A stretch of DNA of 63,701 nucleotides, counting the filler, from Cercozoa sp. M6MM (Eukaryota > Protista > Endomyxa: Ascetosporea): NCBI GenBank assembly GCA_040357565.1. It is 10 parts of 10 records of this genome, joined end to end, with 100 filler letters (N's around TTAATTAATTAA, not from the genome) between each part and the next. Parts side by side here need not be neighbours in the genome. Positions count along the whole stretch, not along the records: positions 60,307 to 62,470 come from JBDODJ010001828.1; positions 62,571 to 63,701 come from JBDODJ010002156.1; 8 more parts are not named here. One strand, written 5' to 3'. The translations under genes were made by a program, and so were the position numbers. Every line of letters starts with the position of its first letter. Position 1 is the stretch's first letter. Positions 60,971 to 63,701 of this stretch are shown in pieces. The notes below the pieces were generated by a model, which saw nothing but the letters and a program-made list of their open reading frames with translations, was not told the DNA's origin and did not search any database.

Positions 60971-61709
60971 TGCGAAAGAAAGTGTGCTGTAGAAAGTAAC
61001 GAACAAAACAAGGTTTGCGGATCCGACGGCAATAATTAATTGCTTTTGCGAACGAAGCTTCCATTCGTTCGTTCTTTCAATCTGATCAGCTGACCACAGC
61101 TGCTCCCTTGAAACCGACGATCCCGTGCCCCATCGGCCACGATTCGAGCCTTATCGGGAGGGTGCGGGGTGGGCGGATCACACGCAAAACAAACAAACAC
61201 GGTCGACTGAAGCGTTTTTCGACTACAACTAACGACTGGGTGCCCACCGAGTGGTCACGAAAGTGCAATCAGCAATAAATGTCGCCATTGCCATAGGCCT
61301 TAATTTTTGGACACATAGACTAAACCGGATTAAGTTTTCCGTTTTAGTGCTCTTATGGGAGTTTTGTCGCTGCCAGTCCAAGCTAGGGATGTGGCATGCA
61401 TGCTGGGTGAGTAGTGAAATTGGGCCTTTGGATTTTCGTGCTTATGCATTTCAATTCAACGCATTCCGTAGGGCAAGCAGTGAAAGTGCTTCAAAGTGTC
61501 GCCAGCGGCCTGACCAAACTGCGCAACGGGGTAACTGAACTGGGGGTCATTCGTTCTTCACAATAAGTCTACTGTATTTATTTTCTACTCAGTTGAGAAG
61601 GGTCCGACGTCTTTTGCGTCGACTGGCCTGGGTAAACCCAGGAGTCGTAGTGGTTACAGACAGTGCGTGTTTTGGCGAATTGAAGGTGTTTTAGTGGCTC
61701 CTGCTCCGG

Positions 61710-62264
61710 ATGGCGCATGCTGCGGATTTCCTGCTGGCGCCGCGTTTGGTGATTCGACTGGTTCTGCGTCACTCGCTTGCTCTAGTAACAGTGATTTAGG
61801 TGTCTAAGTGGAAATTAGAGCGCTTTTGAAGGCTAAACTGGGTTTTGGTTAAGGGTGTGTTGTTTGTGCTCTCGACTATTCAGTTTGCTGATTCTTGACA
61901 GGTGGTGCTGTCGTTGTTGCCACTGGCAGGCCGTTTCGCCACTCAGTTGTTGAAGCGACTCCTGCGCATTCGTCCGTCTGCAGAACACGTGCGACTCGTG
62001 CAGCATCTCCGAGGTGCGCTACTTTTATTGAGTACAGGAGACCTCTCCTGTGTGTGTTTTGTTAAGGCTGCGCGAGTGTGCAGATGCCTCGACGTACGCT
62101 GAGTGGAAGACTGCGGCTGCCGAACTGGATGCTTGTAGCTTTATCCCTCCCCTATACCCCCTTTCATTTGCCCCCCTTTTACCACTTCCCTCCCCACCAG
62201 TTACTTCCGGGTGAGCAGTGGAAGGACTGGACCGATGGCGACTGGACGAGCGATCACCCCACTA
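61710..62264 (+). CDS. Patatin-like triacylglycerol lipase (SDP1/TGL3-5 family), N-terminal region, truncated
   Basis: Spliced LR-DASTYAEWKTAAAELDA-LEGLDRWRLDERSPHY matches the A.TYEEW..AA..LD.LEG...W....S..YD pattern. Confidence 0.75.
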
Positions 62265-62268
62265 GTAG

Positions 62269-62467
<199 letters not shown>

Positions 62468-62600
62468 CGCNNNNNNNNNNNNNNNNNNNNNNNNNNNNNN
62501 NNNNNNNNNNNNNNTTAATTAATTAANNNNNNNNNNNNNNNNNNNNNNNNNNNNNNNNNNNNNNNNNNNNTTATAATTTACCCCTCCCCCTGTTCCACAG

Positions 62601-62959
62601 ACCTCGTGCTGGTGCTGGCCAATGTGAAGAAGTTTAAGATTGGTGGCGAGTCGCTGCGTTCGGTCGTGCTCAAGTAGGCCTCGTCCTGTGCCTGGGTTCC
62701 TTGGGGCACTGACCTCTTGAGCTTTGCTCTGTCTGTGTACAGAGATGCCACGGGTGCCCCGGTGCGTGTCGGTGCCGATGTCGAAGTCGGCACGCGTCTG
62801 CGTCCGACGCGTTCTAAGGCGCCCGAGAAGCTGCGCGACGTCAACGTCAAGACGGTCCAGCTCGCCCTCAGCGGCAATGAGGAGGGTACACACTTTCCTG
62901 TTGAGTGTTTCTGTCGGCGTTTTGTGTCTGTGTCTGTGTCTGTGTCTGTGTCTGTGTCT

Positions 62960-63054
<95 letters not shown>

Positions 63055-63322
63055 GAGTGTTGAGTGCTGAGTGTTGAGTGCTGAGTGCTGAGCGTTTGTC
63101 CGCAGGTGTTCTGACCTGGCACTACGCCGGCGAGAAGAAGAAGGGCAAGAAAGGCGCCTGTGACCCTCAGGACCTCGACTTTGACGCCGGTGTACTCGGT
63201 GCCACTCTTCTGCTCCGAGTGCTCTCGGCCAATTTTTGTTGTTGCCGTTTACACCGTTTGTTTGACCCACAGGTGCGGTGGATTTGTCAGTCGGCGACTT
63301 CTCCTTTTTTGGACCGCAGTGA
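62601..63322 (+). CDS. 3' end of protein with degenerate EMAPII/Trbp111-like tRNA-binding OB fold
   Basis: LVLVLANVKKFKIGGESLRSVVL..VEVGTRL resembles VV.L.NLKP.K.RG..S.GM.L..G.R; stop at 63320-63322. Confidence 0.5.
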
Positions 63323-63561
63323 GTCGAGTTACGTTCAGTTAATTAGCGCACCATGCTATTGTTAGCTGACTTGTTATAGACATCTAAATTTGATTCATTT
63401 TTAGAACGGAATTTTGATCTAAATTTGATTCATTTATCTGTGTATTTTTTCTCACACTTGCACTGTATACGAAGTCGCAATTGCCGAAGTACATCCAAGT
63501 GTACATACTAGACTCTCCTTCCGGTGCAGATGCTCAATGAACGTGTCTAGTCTGGACTTGG

Positions 63562-63606
63562 ATGTCGTCGTTATTGGTCGGGAAATTCAAAAAGGTACTG
63601 GGGAAG
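63562..63606 (+). CDS. Possible first exon (MSSLLVGKFKKVLGK) of a gene cut by the window end
   Basis: ATG, open frame, strong GTGAGT donor, then a (GT)n intron-like tract. Confidence 0.35.
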
Positions 63607-63651
63607 GTGAGTAACTCGTGTGCAAGGTTGCACGAAATTGTTTCTCGTCTT

Positions 63652-63701
<50 letters not shown>

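Overview
Eukaryotic (protist-like) nuclear DNA, gene-dense and very intron-rich. The introns I traced are GT-AG, mostly ~45-180 nt, and read in the standard genetic code. The window is a concatenation of ten contigs joined by artificial 100-nt spacers (44 N + TTAATTAATTAA + 44 N). Contigs usually break in intronic microsatellites or poly-C/G runs, so most contig-terminal genes are truncated and adjacency across spacers is not evidence of linkage. The ORF track is largely uninformative because of the introns, so genes were rebuilt by manual splicing. Recognisable genes: TPK-like two-pore K+ channel, XRN1, class I HDAC, PDS5, GT92-like glycosyltransferase, PUS1, EXS/ERD1-like protein, membrane-anchored SAM O-methyltransferase, BiP, RBMX2, SPT6, NUP155, an 11-kb polycystin-1/REJ-GPS receptor, a CaaX ankyrin protein, M13 neprilysin-like peptidase, a PH/coiled-coil protein, USP5/13, GST, SDP1/TGL-like lipase and an EMAPII-like domain. 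The most interesting items are: two paralogous secreted Cys-rich + ALK/LTK-type Gly-rich proteins (one with a 1-nt frameshift); a secreted protein of tandem six-Cys 'CYV...AAWRxC' modules; the channel-less polycystin-like receptor with Frizzled-like modules; a GTCCAT-N-TGTAC motif family shared by introns of unrelated genes; and two structured intergenic ncRNA candidates. No rRNA, tRNA, CRISPR array or intact transposon was seen. The lineage cannot be assigned from reading alone, and all family assignments come from motif recognition, not database searches.
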